In this document: positions 1 to 10,294 of the stretch, piece after piece | Position numbering within the stretch: the first letter of the stretch is position 1 | Layout of the letters: each line of letters begins with the position of its first letter | Assembly: GCA_023487865.1 (NCBI GenBank) | Contig: JAMDBG010000003.1 | Location: forward strand, 1-45,037 | Direction of reading: 5' to 3' | Source of the DNA: Deltaproteobacteria bacterium | GTDB lineage: Bacteria > Desulfobacterota > Syntrophia > Syntrophales > UBA5619 | Length of the DNA stretch: 45,037 nt | The notes under the pieces: model-generated | Databases searched by the model: none | The model's input: only the letters and a program-made list of their open reading frames with translations | Told to the model about the DNA's origin: nothing | Position numbers and translations under genes: made by a program

Positions 1-40
1 TTCCGAAGATTTTGAACCGCTGTAGATTTCCGTTTTTCAT
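1..40 (-). CDS. 5' end of a CDS running off the window edge (MKNGNLQRFKIFG...), product unknown
   Basis: Minus-strand ATG at 40-38 preceded by the purine-rich AGGGGGAAAC; the frame stays open to the window edge; same strand as the upstream operon. Confidence 0.5.
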   Translation of the reverse strand, partial: MKNGNLQRFKIFG

Positions 41-137
41 GTTTCCCCCTTTCTTTCTCCCAATCTTTAATGACTGCTACCTCAAACACGGAACAGGGTT
101 GACAATCCCTCTTTCCGCACCCACCTTCTTAACCTTC

Positions 138-1760
138 CTATAGTTCTCGAACGGCGTCGAATTGCTGAGGATAAGGCGAAGGGTCCATCCTCGCCTCGAT
201 GAGCTTCGGCAAACCATCGGTGGAATTCAGAGCAGTGGCCAGCGCCCCCCTCAACTCATCCTCGGTTTCAACAACCCACGTCGGAATGCCGAAACACCTG
301 CCCAGGTCCATGTAATTCAACCTCGTAAAACCCGTCCCCCTTGGCACGCCGTAACCTTTTTTTACCTGCTTCACATCAATCAGGCTTAATCTGCCGTCCG
401 AGAAAATGACCATCACGATCGGCAACCTGTACTGCATCGCCGTCGCCAATTCGGGAAGGCGCATCATGAAACCCCCGTCGCCGCAAAGCGATACGACCAT
501 CCTGTCCGGATGCAGCAACTGAAGCGCCAGTGCAGCAGGTATGGCATACCCCATCGTTGCCAGACCATTGGACATGAAGAAGGTCCCCGGCAGATAGGCA
601 TCCCAGAGTTCGATGACCAGCAGTTTGTTGGCGCCGACATCGATCGTCAGTAGTGCATCCCGGGGGATCGATTCCCGTGTGGTGTTGATCACCTGCACAG
701 CCGACAAACCGTCGACGCTGAAATTGAGGACCGCTTTCGTGTTTTCCCTGTAAGCATCTATCTCAGCGGTCCGCCAGCGGGATTCTGCGTCGCCACATTG
801 ATCATAAAGACTTTTCAAGGTGGAACTGATTTCACCGACCAACTCGATATCCGCATGGTAGTTTTCTTCAACATTGGGAATCATGTCCAGATACACAATC
901 GGCTGCCGATAACTCCACTTTTTGGGAAGCAGTTCGACCGGATCCAATCCGATCGCTATGAGAAGATCACTCTTTTCAATGATCCGCTGCTCCAGGTTCC
1001 CACCCATGAACACCCCGAGAGACCAGGGATGATTGTCCGGCAGAGAACCTTTGGCCTTTGCCGTCTTGAAAGTGGGGATATTGAACCTTTCCACAAAGCT
1101 CCGCAATTGCGCAAACACTTCCCTTTTTGCCGCTGTAATTCCCAGTCCGACGATGGCGACAGGTCTTTTTGCCCTGCTGATCCTCTCCAATCCCCTCTTC
1201 AGGTCATTGGCGTCCACTTCCGGCCAGGATTCCTCATTACCGATCGCGTTTCCCGAATCCGCCACCTCGGATTGCGACAGGTTGTTCGGAAAATCGATAT
1301 GGACCGGTCCTTTTCTCGGCAGCTTCGCGATTTTGATTCCCCGGGCCAGCATTTCGGACCAATTGGTTTTCGTCAGCCCGGCCGACAGTTTGGTCACGGG
1401 CTTGAAGAGATCGGCATGATCGATCTTCTGTCGATAGGCCAACTCGACGATCTCGGCGCCATAACGATCCGTGAATGCCAGCACGGGCGATCTGTCCAGA
1501 TAGGCCTGGGCCAAACCGTTACACAGGTTCAAAGCGCCCGGTCCCAAAGTTGAAAGACAGGCACCGGGAACTCCGGTCACATCCCCGCAAACACCCGCCA
1601 TGATCGCCGCGGACGTTTCGTGCTGGGTCAGGATAAACTTTATTCCTTCGTCTTCCGACGTGTTCATCAGGTCGGCTGAGCTTCCCCCGCCCGGTATGCC
1701 GAACAGGTAGTTCACACCGGAGCCTTTTAATACTTTACTGACTCCCTGAGACATATTCAT
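138..1760 (-). CDS. Thiamine diphosphate-dependent enzyme (acetolactate synthase large subunit-like superfamily)
   Basis: N-terminal FGIPGG and HETSA (catalytic Glu), TLGPGALN, SNGLATMGYAIPAA and the GDGGF ThDP/Mg motif; 540 aa. Confidence 0.9.
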   Translation of the reverse strand: MNMSQGVSKVLKGSGVNYLFGIPGGGSSADLMNTSEDEGIKFILTQHETSAAIMAGVCGDVTGVPGACLSTLGPGALNLCNGLAQAYLDRSPVLAFTDRYGAEIVELAYRQKIDHADLFKPVTKLSAGLTKTNWSEMLARGIKIAKLPRKGPVHIDFPNNLSQSEVADSGNAIGNEESWPEVDANDLKRGLERISRAKRPVAIVGLGITAAKREVFAQLRSFVERFNIPTFKTAKAKGSLPDNHPWSLGVFMGGNLEQRIIEKSDLLIAIGLDPVELLPKKWSYRQPIVYLDMIPNVEENYHADIELVGEISSTLKSLYDQCGDAESRWRTAEIDAYRENTKAVLNFSVDGLSAVQVINTTRESIPRDALLTIDVGANKLLVIELWDAYLPGTFFMSNGLATMGYAIPAALALQLLHPDRMVVSLCGDGGFMMRLPELATAMQYRLPIVMVIFSDGRLSLIDVKQVKKGYGVPRGTGFTRLNYMDLGRCFGIPTWVVETEDELRGALATALNSTDGLPKLIEARMDPSPYPQQFDAVREL

Positions 1761-1779
1761 GTGAACAATCTCCCCTTAT

Positions 1780-1867
1780 GAAGAATGACGACCCTGTAAA
1801 AAGTCGCAGACACCTTGAACTTGGGATGGCTTCATAAAAAGGCCGCAGGCAAGGCGCGCACCGTCAA
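1780..1867. repeat. Internally deleted copy of the palindromic MITE-like element at 40711-40882
   Basis: 1813-1859 matches 40744-40790 at 43/47 nt; it then ends in CCGTCAA, like the right end of the full copy. Confidence 0.85.
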
Positions 1868-3003
1868 GAATAGATTTTTCTGGAAACATAAACGCGTCCA
1901 TCCATGATCCTGCGGGCCGTCCTGCCCACTGTGCAACTGACGACATGGGGTCCGCTCTTCCCAAACGTCGCTTCCACTTTCACATCCATTACCCCAGAAG
2001 GATGGCCGATGACAACCTCATTTTTCGCCGGTGCCGGTGATCCTCCGAAAACCACCCGGTTCACAACGGAATCCGGAATGACCGCCCCGATTGCCGCCGG
2101 TATTCCCGCAGTGATGGCGAATGTCTTATGCATCTTCCCCATGGCCATCACGCGGGCCAGCATGCTGACCGTTCCTTTTTCAATCTTTGCTCCGGTGATC
2201 GTCCAGTAATCCCTCGCCGGGGCGATGAACGAAATTTTCGGAATGGACTGGCTCACCTGAATCCCCATCAGTTGACCGACCTTCGTGCGGATGGCCTCCA
2301 GTTTCGTCCATACCCTCTCGTCCTGATTTAATCCCGCCGGTAGTTCATCCCCGCGGAGATTCAGTTCCTCGGCACGGACGAATGCCGTCGGATTCCCCGC
2401 ATCCACAATGGTGACTGCATATTTTTCACCTGTGTCCAGCGTCAACTCATCCACCGCATTTCCGGTGGGAAGAAGCCTCCCCGTGGTCGCCCCGCCCGGG
2501 TCCATGAAACTCAGCTCGATTCTGGCCCCGGTCCCCGGACAACCGTCAATCGCGTAATCCCCGTCCGGGAAAAACTTCCCTTTTTTCACCGGGACTTTTG
2601 CATAAATCATCTTCTTCGTATTGGTGTTATAGATTCGGACAACGGTGAAAGGTTCCACTGCTTTCACCAGCCCCTTATCGACTGCATAAGGGCCGACCGC
2701 CGAGCTGATATTTCCGCAATTGGCGGAGTAATCCACGAAGGCCTTGTCGATCCCCACGGCGCCGAACGTGTAGTTGATGTCCCGATCCGGTTCCCTGGCG
2801 GGGGCGATGACCGCCAGCTTGCTCGTGAGCGAATCGGCCCCGCCCAAGCCGTCGATCTGGCGGATATCGGGACTCCCAAATATGGACAGGATGATCCGAT
2901 CCCTCAGGGCAAGATCTCCCGGCAGGTCCTTCTCCAACAGGAAGATCCCTTTACTCGTTCCGCCCCGCATGATCGTGCAGGGAAATTGGGTTTTTAATTT
3001 CAT
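1864..3003 (-). CDS. PrpF / 3-methylitaconate isomerase family protein
   Basis: MRGGTSKG, QIDGLGGA...SK, NCGN (catalytic Cys), VDAGNP, HPSG and RTARRIMDG motifs; start moved to ATG 3003 behind GGAGAGGGAAGTG. Confidence 0.9.
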   Translation of the reverse strand: MKLKTQFPCTIMRGGTSKGIFLLEKDLPGDLALRDRIILSIFGSPDIRQIDGLGGADSLTSKLAVIAPAREPDRDINYTFGAVGIDKAFVDYSANCGNISSAVGPYAVDKGLVKAVEPFTVVRIYNTNTKKMIYAKVPVKKGKFFPDGDYAIDGCPGTGARIELSFMDPGGATTGRLLPTGNAVDELTLDTGEKYAVTIVDAGNPTAFVRAEELNLRGDELPAGLNQDERVWTKLEAIRTKVGQLMGIQVSQSIPKISFIAPARDYWTITGAKIEKGTVSMLARVMAMGKMHKTFAITAGIPAAIGAVIPDSVVNRVVFGGSPAPAKNEVVIGHPSGVMDVKVEATFGKSGPHVVSCTVGRTARRIMDGRVYVSRKIYS

Positions 3004-3022
3004 CACTTCCCTCTCCATAAAG

Positions 3023-3077
3023 TCCGGGACATCCCCTGCCGACAATCACCGCTGTCGTCAAGGGGATTCCCCCCGGA
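3023..3077. other. Long imperfect intergenic stem-loop between tctA and the prpF-like gene
   Basis: Nested inverted arms TCCGGG/CCCGGA, ATCCCCT/AGGGGAT and CGACA/TGTCG. Confidence 0.5.
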
Positions 3078-3161
3078 ACGCTGACCGACGACCGTATCGG
3101 CGGCGGGCATCCGACACAAACCTCAATACCCGCGAACAAGCGGGCGCGCGCTTTCCATCAC

Positions 3162-4655
3162 CTATAATCCTTGCAGCAGCTTCGGTTTCTTGAACAGAGG
3201 ATAGACGATGGAGAAAACGGCCGCTGCCAGCAGAACTGCGCTGATGGGCCGGCTCACGAGGATCAGGGGATCCCCGAGAGAGAGCAGGAGCGATCTTCTC
3301 ATGGCGAGCTCCGCCATGTCTCCCAGGACGAGTGCCAAAATGGCCGGGGCGACGGGGATGTCGAATTTCCTCATCACATAGCCGATGAGTCCGAAGGCGA
3401 ACATGACAAAGAGGTCATCCACGCTGTTCTGCAATCCGAAGGCGCCGACCACGCAAAGGACGATGATCGCGGCGGAAAAGACTGAATAGGGTAGACGGTT
3501 TAACTCCAGAAAGAACCGGATCGCCATGATCGTCAATACCAGGAGGAAGAGATTGGAGAGGAGCATTGCGACAAAGATCCCGTAGATGATGTCCGGACGG
3601 GAGGAGAGCAGCATGGGACCCGGCTGCATCCCGTGGATCATGAAAGCGGCGATCATCATGGCGGTCGTGTTGCTCCCCGGCAGCCCCAGGGAGAGCAGGA
3701 TGGTCATGGATCCGCCAGTCGAGGCGTTGTTCGAGCACTCCGCGGCCATCAGGCCATCCACGGCGCCGTGGCCGAACTTCTCCGGTTCTTTCGAGGTCCT
3801 GGCCGCCTCACCGTATGCCAGGAATGAAGCGATGGTCGCCCCGGCGCCGGGCAGGGCGCCGACGACCGTTCCGATGATCGGGGAACGGATCATTACGTTG
3901 AACCAGTTCTTCCGATAGAGGGAAAACTCGGGCATCTCGGCCCTCATGCCGCGGTATCCGACGTGCCCCTTGTACTCCTTGAAAGGCTCCTCCGCTTCGA
4001 TGAGGATCTCCGAAACAGCCAGAAGCCCCACCATCGCTGTGACAAAATTGATTCCTCCCAAAAGCAAAGTCGTATCGAAGGTGAAACGTTCCCCTCCCGT
4101 GATGCCGTCGGTCCCGATCGTCGCCAGGAAAAGGCCGAAGAAGCAGGAAAGAAATCCCTTCAGCAGAGACCCCCCCGAAAGGCTCGAAACGACGCTTAAT
4201 CCGAGGATGGTGAGGGCGAAGTATTCGGGCGGACCGAATTTCAGGGCAAAATTGGCAATCAGGGGCGTCGCCACCATCATGACCAGGACGCTGAAGATCC
4301 CCCCGTAGATGGAGCTGAGCAGAAAAATCCACAGAGCAGATGCGGCATGACCCTGCTTGGCCAGCGCATGCCCTTCGATCACGGTGGGGACCGCGGAGGG
4401 TTCACCCGGGATGCCGAAAAGGATCGACGTGATGGAACCGCCGGTGATCCCTCCACAGTAGGCGGCCACCAGCATGCAGAAGGCTGTTATCGGCGACATC
4501 GTATAAGTGAACGACAACAGAAGGACGACGCCCATCGACGTGCTGATGCCGGGCAGTGCTCCCGCCAGCAAACCCCAGAGTCCCCCCAACACCATCGCCA
4601 GGATGTTCTGCGGGAGGAGGACGATTGCAAAGGCATTCCAGTAATGTTCCCACAT
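3162..4655 (-). CDS. tctA: Tripartite tricarboxylate transporter large permease TctA
   Basis: GALPG, GGSITSILFGIPG, FGPPEYFAL, ECSNNAS, GLPGS and HGMQPGP motifs; very hydrophobic, 497 aa. Confidence 0.93.
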   Translation of the reverse strand: MWEHYWNAFAIVLLPQNILAMVLGGLWGLLAGALPGISTSMGVVLLLSFTYTMSPITAFCMLVAAYCGGITGGSITSILFGIPGEPSAVPTVIEGHALAKQGHAASALWIFLLSSIYGGIFSVLVMMVATPLIANFALKFGPPEYFALTILGLSVVSSLSGGSLLKGFLSCFFGLFLATIGTDGITGGERFTFDTTLLLGGINFVTAMVGLLAVSEILIEAEEPFKEYKGHVGYRGMRAEMPEFSLYRKNWFNVMIRSPIIGTVVGALPGAGATIASFLAYGEAARTSKEPEKFGHGAVDGLMAAECSNNASTGGSMTILLSLGLPGSNTTAMMIAAFMIHGMQPGPMLLSSRPDIIYGIFVAMLLSNLFLLVLTIMAIRFFLELNRLPYSVFSAAIIVLCVVGAFGLQNSVDDLFVMFAFGLIGYVMRKFDIPVAPAILALVLGDMAELAMRRSLLLSLGDPLILVSRPISAVLLAAAVFSIVYPLFKKPKLLQGL

Positions 4656-4673
4656 GAGATGATACCTCGACGG

Positions 4674-5174
4674 CTAATAGAAAAGACGGCTGAATTCAGC
4701 AAAGATCCCCTCGCCCTTGGGAAATGCAATTTTGATGAATTTTGCGAAAACGAGGATCGTGATGGCGGTGACCAGTAACGGCGAGATGATCAGGACCGAT
4801 TTTCTTCTCTCTTCAAGCGCCAGGGCGAACGCAGGGATGAAAAGAAACGTCGACAGGATAAAACCGATCCAGGGCATAACGATGATATAGACGAGGAGAC
4901 AGACGATGCTGAGCGCGACTTTCCTCCGTCGCCTCCCTGCCACGGCACTCGCCTCCGGTGAGGATTCCTCAACCGCTCTGCCCTTTGCCTTGGCGATCGT
5001 CGCGATCAACCAGCACACGCTCAGGAGCACCGATACACCGAGGGAGAGCATGGGCCAGAAGCCGCTGCCCACTTCACCGAAGCGCCCGACCCCATGCAAT
5101 TTGACCGCCTCGTAAAACATGAACGAAAAAAAAGCGACGCAGAACGCGCCGAGGGCGATTTCACCTTTTTTCAT
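4674..5174 (-). CDS. tctB: Tripartite tricarboxylate transporter small subunit TctB
   Basis: 166 aa with 4-5 TM segments, GFWP and IGFILST motifs; sits between tctC and tctA. Confidence 0.85.
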   Translation of the reverse strand: MKKGEIALGAFCVAFFSFMFYEAVKLHGVGRFGEVGSGFWPMLSLGVSVLLSVCWLIATIAKAKGRAVEESSPEASAVAGRRRRKVALSIVCLLVYIIVMPWIGFILSTFLFIPAFALALEERRKSVLIISPLLVTAITILVFAKFIKIAFPKGEGIFAEFSRLFY

Positions 5175-5193
5175 GGCATACCTCGATGATCAC

Positions 5194-5228
5194 CGGCTTG
5201 CGGAGAAGGTTCCTGCTTCCGCAAGCCG
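5194..5228. other. Stem-loop downstream of the substrate-binding protein gene (likely mRNA-stabilising or attenuating)
   Basis: Perfect 11-bp stem CGGCTTGCGGA (5194-5204) / TCCGCAAGCCG (5218-5228) in the tctC-tctB gap. Confidence 0.6.
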
Positions 5229-5252
5229 ATGCCGGATGTTGAAAAGGGAAAA

Positions 5253-6227
5253 TTACTTCACATAACCAAGATCCTTTAAAACTTCCGTGAAGAATTTGAC
5301 CTCGTCGTCCCAGTATTTTCTCGTTTCCTCGGGACCCAGGTAGCCCTGACGGGCATAAAGGTGATTATCCTGAACGAATTTCTTATAAACAGGGACATCC
5401 AGGGCCTTCTTGATCACATCGTGAAGATACTTTATCCGGTCCGGCGGTGTGCCCTTCTTCACCCCCCAGGCCCGCATCAGTCCGTGGGTGTAATTGATGC
5501 CAAGCTCCGCGCTGCACGGCACGTTCGGGAGGGCCGGATGCCGCTTTTCCATGATCACCGCGAGTGATTTGAGTTTACCGGCTTCGATCAGGGGGAGTGT
5601 CTCGGCAAGCTCTTCCACGGCGCCATGAATATGTCCGCCCATGATGGCCGCCTTGATCTCCGCCCCGGAATCGAACGGGACGAATGTCACTACCACTCCC
5701 ACTGCCTTGAAGAAAGCCACCGTCTGGATCTCCGACCACCCCCCCGGCGAGGTCCCGGCAAACTTCAGCATCTTGGGATTCTTCTTTCCATATTCGATCA
5801 GATCGGCCAGCGTCTTGAATTTGGAATCTCCGGAAATCGTCACTGCCGACGTATCCCACTGAATCCTCATGATAGGATCAAAATCCCTCAACAATTGTGC
5901 ACGAGTTTTCGGTTTGACGGCGTCGATGAGATGGGACGTGGTAATGGCGAGGACCTCATAACCGTCGGCGGGTTGCTGAGCGACATAGAGCATCCCCTTG
6001 GTCGCCCCGCCGCCCGGCATATTGGTGATCACCAGCGGAACCTTCAAAAGGGGTTTCAGTCCTTCGGCCACAGCCCTCGCCGCCGTGTCGCTCCCGCCGC
6101 CGACACCGAACGGAACGATAATCTCGATGGCCCGGTCGGGATACGCCGCCGCTGCGCTGGTTGAGATTCCCATCACACATCCGACAAGAAACAAAAACGC
6201 CATGACAAATATCTTTGTTGTCTTCAT
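5253..6227 (-). CDS. tctC: Tripartite tricarboxylate transporter substrate-binding protein TctC (Bug family)
   Basis: Signal peptide, YPDRAIEIIVPFGVGGGSD, NMPGGG, ADGY and HPALPNVP motifs. Confidence 0.93.
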   Translation of the reverse strand: MKTTKIFVMAFLFLVGCVMGISTSAAAAYPDRAIEIIVPFGVGGGSDTAARAVAEGLKPLLKVPLVITNMPGGGATKGMLYVAQQPADGYEVLAITTSHLIDAVKPKTRAQLLRDFDPIMRIQWDTSAVTISGDSKFKTLADLIEYGKKNPKMLKFAGTSPGGWSEIQTVAFFKAVGVVVTFVPFDSGAEIKAAIMGGHIHGAVEELAETLPLIEAGKLKSLAVIMEKRHPALPNVPCSAELGINYTHGLMRAWGVKKGTPPDRIKYLHDVIKKALDVPVYKKFVQDNHLYARQGYLGPEETRKYWDDEVKFFTEVLKDLGYVK

Positions 6228-6497
6228 GTCACTCCCTCCTTATCCTGATGTTATGACCCTATCGGACAGAAAAGTCCCCTTCCTACCCAACAAAGAATCC
6301 TGATCAAAACGGACGAACTCCGGGCCCACCGAATGACCCATGAACCGAACTGAATACGACTATTCGAGTAAAAATGTTTTGTTATATCGGAAATAGCAGT
6401 TTAATTTGATGCTTTATCTGGACGGTGGTTTATCTCAACGTTCTTCCCCCTGGTTCCGTAGATCCGCTGCAGAATGGATGGAACCGCACCCCCGGGT

Positions 6498-6527
6498 TTG
6501 GTAACACCACAATACAATCCATGTCAA
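6498..6527 (-). promoter_or_regulatory. Putative sigma70 promoter of the tct operon, overlapped by a TGGT-N3-ACCA palindrome
   Basis: Minus-strand TTGACA at 6527-6522 with a weak TG-extended -10 (TGTTACCAA); TGGTAACACCA at 6499-6509. Confidence 0.4.
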
Positions 6528-6695
6528 GAAAATATTCCAGCCGCGAAAAACACTTTCCACCATAGCTGCGGCGCCCAAGAAAATGGATCCGGGCGCCTCA
6601 GCCAACGTAATGTAATGACCCATTCGATCGGAAGCCATTTCAACGCCCTATGGTTTGAAAAACACCGATCAGCGTTAGTGTATAAAAAAATTATC

Positions 6696-6724
6696 TTGAC
6701 ATGCAGGCGACATCTCCATATACT
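6696..6724 (+). promoter_or_regulatory. Sigma70 promoter of the nuo operon
   Basis: TTGACA (6696-6701)-N17-TATACT (6719-6724). Confidence 0.75.
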
Positions 6725-6895
6725 CCCGCCGCTTGCAGTCAAGCCCTTAGAGTTCCGGATATAATTTGTTGTTATTCATCAGGTTGCCCGGTCGGACGGT
6801 TAGACTCGGCCGATCGGGAAAGCAGGTTTTCGCGCACAAAAGCGTCAGCAGGAATGAAGCGAAACGCAGCTTGGATGGATTGAGCGATTATCATC

Positions 6896-7276
6896 ATGAC
6901 TACACTAAACCAATTTTCCTCTGTCTTGCTGTTTGCCGTCGTCGCCGTCCTGTTCACTTTGATTCCCATCTTTATCGCCTATATCCTGGCGCCGCGGACG
7001 AAAGGCGTAAAGACACTCGCCACTTACGAGTGTGGGATCGAACCGTACGGCAGCGCCTGGATCCGCTACAGCATCACCTATTATATTTATGCACTGATCT
7101 TTATCGCCTTTGACGTGGATATCCTCTATCTCTTCCCCGTGGCGCTGAGCTACACGCGTGGCGGAGCGATGCACGAGTTTTACGCGCTTCTGGCATTTGT
7201 ACTCATCCTTGCTCTTGCGGTTATTTATGCATGGGGGAAAGGGGTTTTCATCTGGAAAAGGAAATTATCCCGGTAA
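6896..7276 (+). CDS. nuoA: Complex I-like subunit NuoA
   Basis: YECG loop, [10 protein letters not shown] and YAWGKG; 3 TM segments. Confidence 0.93.
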   Translation: MTTLNQFSSVLLFAVVAVLFTLIPIFIAYILAPRTKGVKTLATYECGIEPYGSAWIRYSITYYIYALIFIAFDVDILYLFPVALSYTRGGAMHEFYALLAFVLILALAVIYAWGKGVFIWKRKLSR

Positions 7277-7740
7277 AATTCGCCATGGTGGAGAAAGTCC
7301 TCGACCTGGCAAGGGCAAACTCGCTCTGGCCGGTGACCTTCGGGCTGGCCTGCTGCGCTATCGAGATGATGTCCACCTCCATGTCCCGTTTCGACATCGA
7401 CAGGTTCGGGGCAGGCGTCTTTCGGGCCTCACCGCGCCAGGCGGATTTTATGATTGTCACCGGTACGGTCACCAAAAAAATGGCCCCCGTCCTTACCACC
7501 CTCTACGAGCAGATGCCTTCTCCGAAATGGGTCATCGCGATGGGCAATTGCGCCATCTCTGGGGGACCTTTCGTTTTCGAAGGCCAGTATAACATTGTGG
7601 AAGGCGTTGACCTTCTTGTCCCGGTCGACGTGTATGTCCCGGGATGCCCGCCGCGACCGGAAGCCCTTCTGGAGGGTTTGCTGAAACTGGAAGAAAAAAT
7701 AACGGGGACCAGAAGATTCCCCCGGGTCGAGAGTGCATAG
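7231..7740 (+). CDS. nuoB: Complex I-like subunit NuoB (start uncertain; alternative ATG at 7285)
   Basis: [27 protein letters not shown] and [10 protein letters not shown] (cluster N2 ligands). Confidence 0.93.
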   Translation: MGERGFHLEKEIIPVKFAMVEKVLDLARANSLWPVTFGLACCAIEMMSTSMSRFDIDRFGAGVFRASPRQADFMIVTGTVTKKMAPVLTTLYEQMPSPKWVIAMGNCAISGGPFVFEGQYNIVEGVDLLVPVDVYVPGCPPRPEALLEGLLKLEEKITGTRRFPRVESA

Positions 7741-9311
7741 TGAGCGGTATTGCTGAAGAGATCAAAGCGAGTGTCATGGGTGCCGAGCCGGTCGAGGTCT
7801 CCTATCCGGAAAAGGGGTATCACTGTGCCCTGGAGACAAGCCCGGATAAGCTGCCGGACATCGTAAGGTTATTCGACGAAAAACGCTTTTACCTGGAATG
7901 CCTGCTCTGCACGGATTACACCGATTATCTCGAGCTGGTCTATTTGTTTAATACGCACCTGTCACCCTGCCGCGTGAAAGTCACCCTGAAAGTCGATCCG
8001 CAGCAGCCCGTTGCCCCGAGCATGTCGTCCATTTACGCCTCCGCCTACTGGTACGAACGGGAAATCCACGAATTTTACGGCGTCCTTTTTACGGGACACC
8101 CCAACATGACGTATCTGTTCCTCCACAACGACATCCATGACTACCCCCTGCGGAAGGGCAAGGTTCCTGTCCCTCCTGAAGACAAAGAGCGGCTCGACTC
8201 CTTCAAGCCCGGCGAACAGGAGGATACCTTCTTCATCAATCTCGGCCCCCAGCACCCCAGCACCCATGGAGTGTTACGCGTCGTGCTGAAGATGGACGGG
8301 GAATACATCGAGCAGGCCGAACCGGTGCTGGGCTATCTGCACCGCATGCATGAAAAAATGGCGGAGAACAGGAGCTACCAGCAATTCCTCCCCAATACGG
8401 GACGCATGGACTACCTGGGACCGATGTCCTTCAACCTCGGGTACGTGCTGGCTGTAGAAAGATTATGCGCCATTTCCGTTCCGGATCGGGCCATATTCGT
8501 GCGGATCATCGCCACGGAGTTGAACAGGATCTGCAGCCATCTTCTGTGGGTCGGCGCTTATCTGGCCGATCTGGGCGCCCTCACCCCCTTTCTGTTCGTC
8601 TTCGACGATAGGGAACAGATTCAGGATGTCCTGGAAGGGATTACCGGATCGAGGCTGACGTACTGCTACTTCCGATTTGGAGGCCTATACAACGACGTGG
8701 ATGATCAGTTCATCGCGGGAACCAAGGCCTTCGTCAAGCGGATGTGGGGCCGTTTTTCGCTTTATGAAAAACTCGTTACGGGCAACGTCATCTTCGTCAA
8801 CCGAACCAAAGGGATCGGAACCATCACCGGGGAGCAGGCCCGGAAGTACGGCGTTGCCGGTCCGGTCCTCCGCTCCGCCGGGATCGCGTGCGATTTGCGG
8901 AAGGTGGAATCCTACTCGGCATACAATGAGATGGAATTCAATATCCCCGTGGGAGAACACGGCGATGCCCTGGACACGTATAAGATACGCATTGCCGAGA
9001 TGGAAAACAGCCTTCGGATCATAGAGCAGGCGCTTGCCAAACTACCCGGCGGCCCGTTCATGGCGGAAAAGGTTCCCAAAAAACTCAAACCACCCCGCGG
9101 CGACATCTACCAGGTCGTGGAAACGCCGCGCGGCGAGCTGGGCATATATATCGTGAGCGATGAAAGCGACAGGCCCTTGCGGATGAAGTGGCGCGTTCCC
9201 TCTTTTTCCAATCTGATGATCTTTCCGGAACTGGCCAGAGGGATGCTCCTGGCCGACGCGGTTGCCATCCTGGGGAGTCTTGACCTCGTGATACCGGAAA
9301 TAGACAGGTGA
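7740..9311 (+). CDS. nuoCD: Fused NuoC/NuoD subunit
   Basis: NuoC part [16 protein letters not shown]...YPLRK; NuoD part [29 protein letters not shown] and C-terminal EIDR; no NiFe CxxC motifs; GTG start overlaps the nuoB stop. Confidence 0.92.
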   Translation: MSGIAEEIKASVMGAEPVEVSYPEKGYHCALETSPDKLPDIVRLFDEKRFYLECLLCTDYTDYLELVYLFNTHLSPCRVKVTLKVDPQQPVAPSMSSIYASAYWYEREIHEFYGVLFTGHPNMTYLFLHNDIHDYPLRKGKVPVPPEDKERLDSFKPGEQEDTFFINLGPQHPSTHGVLRVVLKMDGEYIEQAEPVLGYLHRMHEKMAENRSYQQFLPNTGRMDYLGPMSFNLGYVLAVERLCAISVPDRAIFVRIIATELNRICSHLLWVGAYLADLGALTPFLFVFDDREQIQDVLEGITGSRLTYCYFRFGGLYNDVDDQFIAGTKAFVKRMWGRFSLYEKLVTGNVIFVNRTKGIGTITGEQARKYGVAGPVLRSAGIACDLRKVESYSAYNEMEFNIPVGEHGDALDTYKIRIAEMENSLRIIEQALAKLPGGPFMAEKVPKKLKPPRGDIYQVVETPRGELGIYIVSDESDRPLRMKWRVPSFSNLMIFPELARGMLLADAVAILGSLDLVIPEIDR

Positions 9312-10294
9312 TATCGTCAATGGTAAACGAACTATTGAATATGGCGAGTTCGGATGCGGGAAAGATGGTCCTTGGGCTTATCGGGGTCCTGGTGTTTGTG
9401 GTCGTCAATGCCCTCCTGCTGACCTGGGCGGAAAGGAAGGTCGCCGGGCATATGCAGAGGCGGATCGGACCCAAGGAGGTGGGGCCCTTCGGTCTCATCC
9501 AGCCCATCGCCGATGCGATCAAGCTCCTGGGAAAGGAGATCCTCACCCCTGCAAAGGTGGACAAGCCGCTTTACTATCTGGCCCCGGTACTCATCTTCGT
9601 CCCCGTACTCGTCTCCTTCATCGTGATCCCCTTTGACGCCTCTTTGCAGGTTACGGATATCAATGTAGGGATCCTGGTCATCCTCGCTTTTTCATCCATT
9701 TCCGTCCTTTCCATCCTGATGGCCGGATGGGGCTCCGAAAACAAGTACTCGCTCATCGGCGCGGTCAGAAGCGTGGCCCAGAATATCGCTTATGAAATCC
9801 CCCTGCTGTTGGCGCTTCTGCCGGTGATCATGCTGGCCAATTCCCTGTCTCTCAAAGAGATCGTGGAAAAACAGGAGGGGCTGTGGTTTGTCGTCATCCA
9901 GCCGCTGGCCTTCATCATCTATTTTATCGCCTCGGTTGCCGAGACCAACCGGACGCCATTCGACCTTCCCGAGGCGGAGAGCGAATTGGTCGCCGGTTAC
10001 CATACGGAATATTCGGGGATGAGATTTGCCTTGTTCTTCCTGGCGGAGTACACGAACATCTTCATCGTGAGCGCCATTGCGGCAACATTTTTTCTTGGGG
10101 GCTATCAGGGGCCATTGCTTCCCGGTATTGTGTGGTTTCTCCTCAAATCCTATTTCCTGGTGTTTGTGATCATGTGGCTCCGCTGGACCTATCCCCGGGT
10201 GCGTTTTGACCAGCTCCTGAATTTTGCCTGGAAGGGGCTTATCCCCCTGGCCTTCGTGAATCTTATCATTACCGGAGGACTCCTGAAGATATGA
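9308..10294 (+). CDS. nuoH: Complex I-like subunit NuoH
   Basis: [23 protein letters not shown] and [27 protein letters not shown]. Confidence 0.95.
   Translation: MISSMVNELLNMASSDAGKMVLGLIGVLVFVVVNALLLTWAERKVAGHMQRRIGPKEVGPFGLIQPIADAIKLLGKEILTPAKVDKPLYYLAPVLIFVPVLVSFIVIPFDASLQVTDINVGILVILAFSSISVLSILMAGWGSENKYSLIGAVRSVAQNIAYEIPLLLALLPVIMLANSLSLKEIVEKQEGLWFVVIQPLAFIIYFIASVAETNRTPFDLPEAESELVAGYHTEYSGMRFALFFLAEYTNIFIVSAIAATFFLGGYQGPLLPGIVWFLLKSYFLVFVIMWLRWTYPRVRFDQLLNFAWKGLIPLAFVNLIITGGLLKI

Noticed and set aside
7740-9311. Group 4 NiFe hydrogenase large subunit
   Set aside because: No N-terminal RxCxxC or C-terminal DPCxxC; the motifs are NuoD-type.
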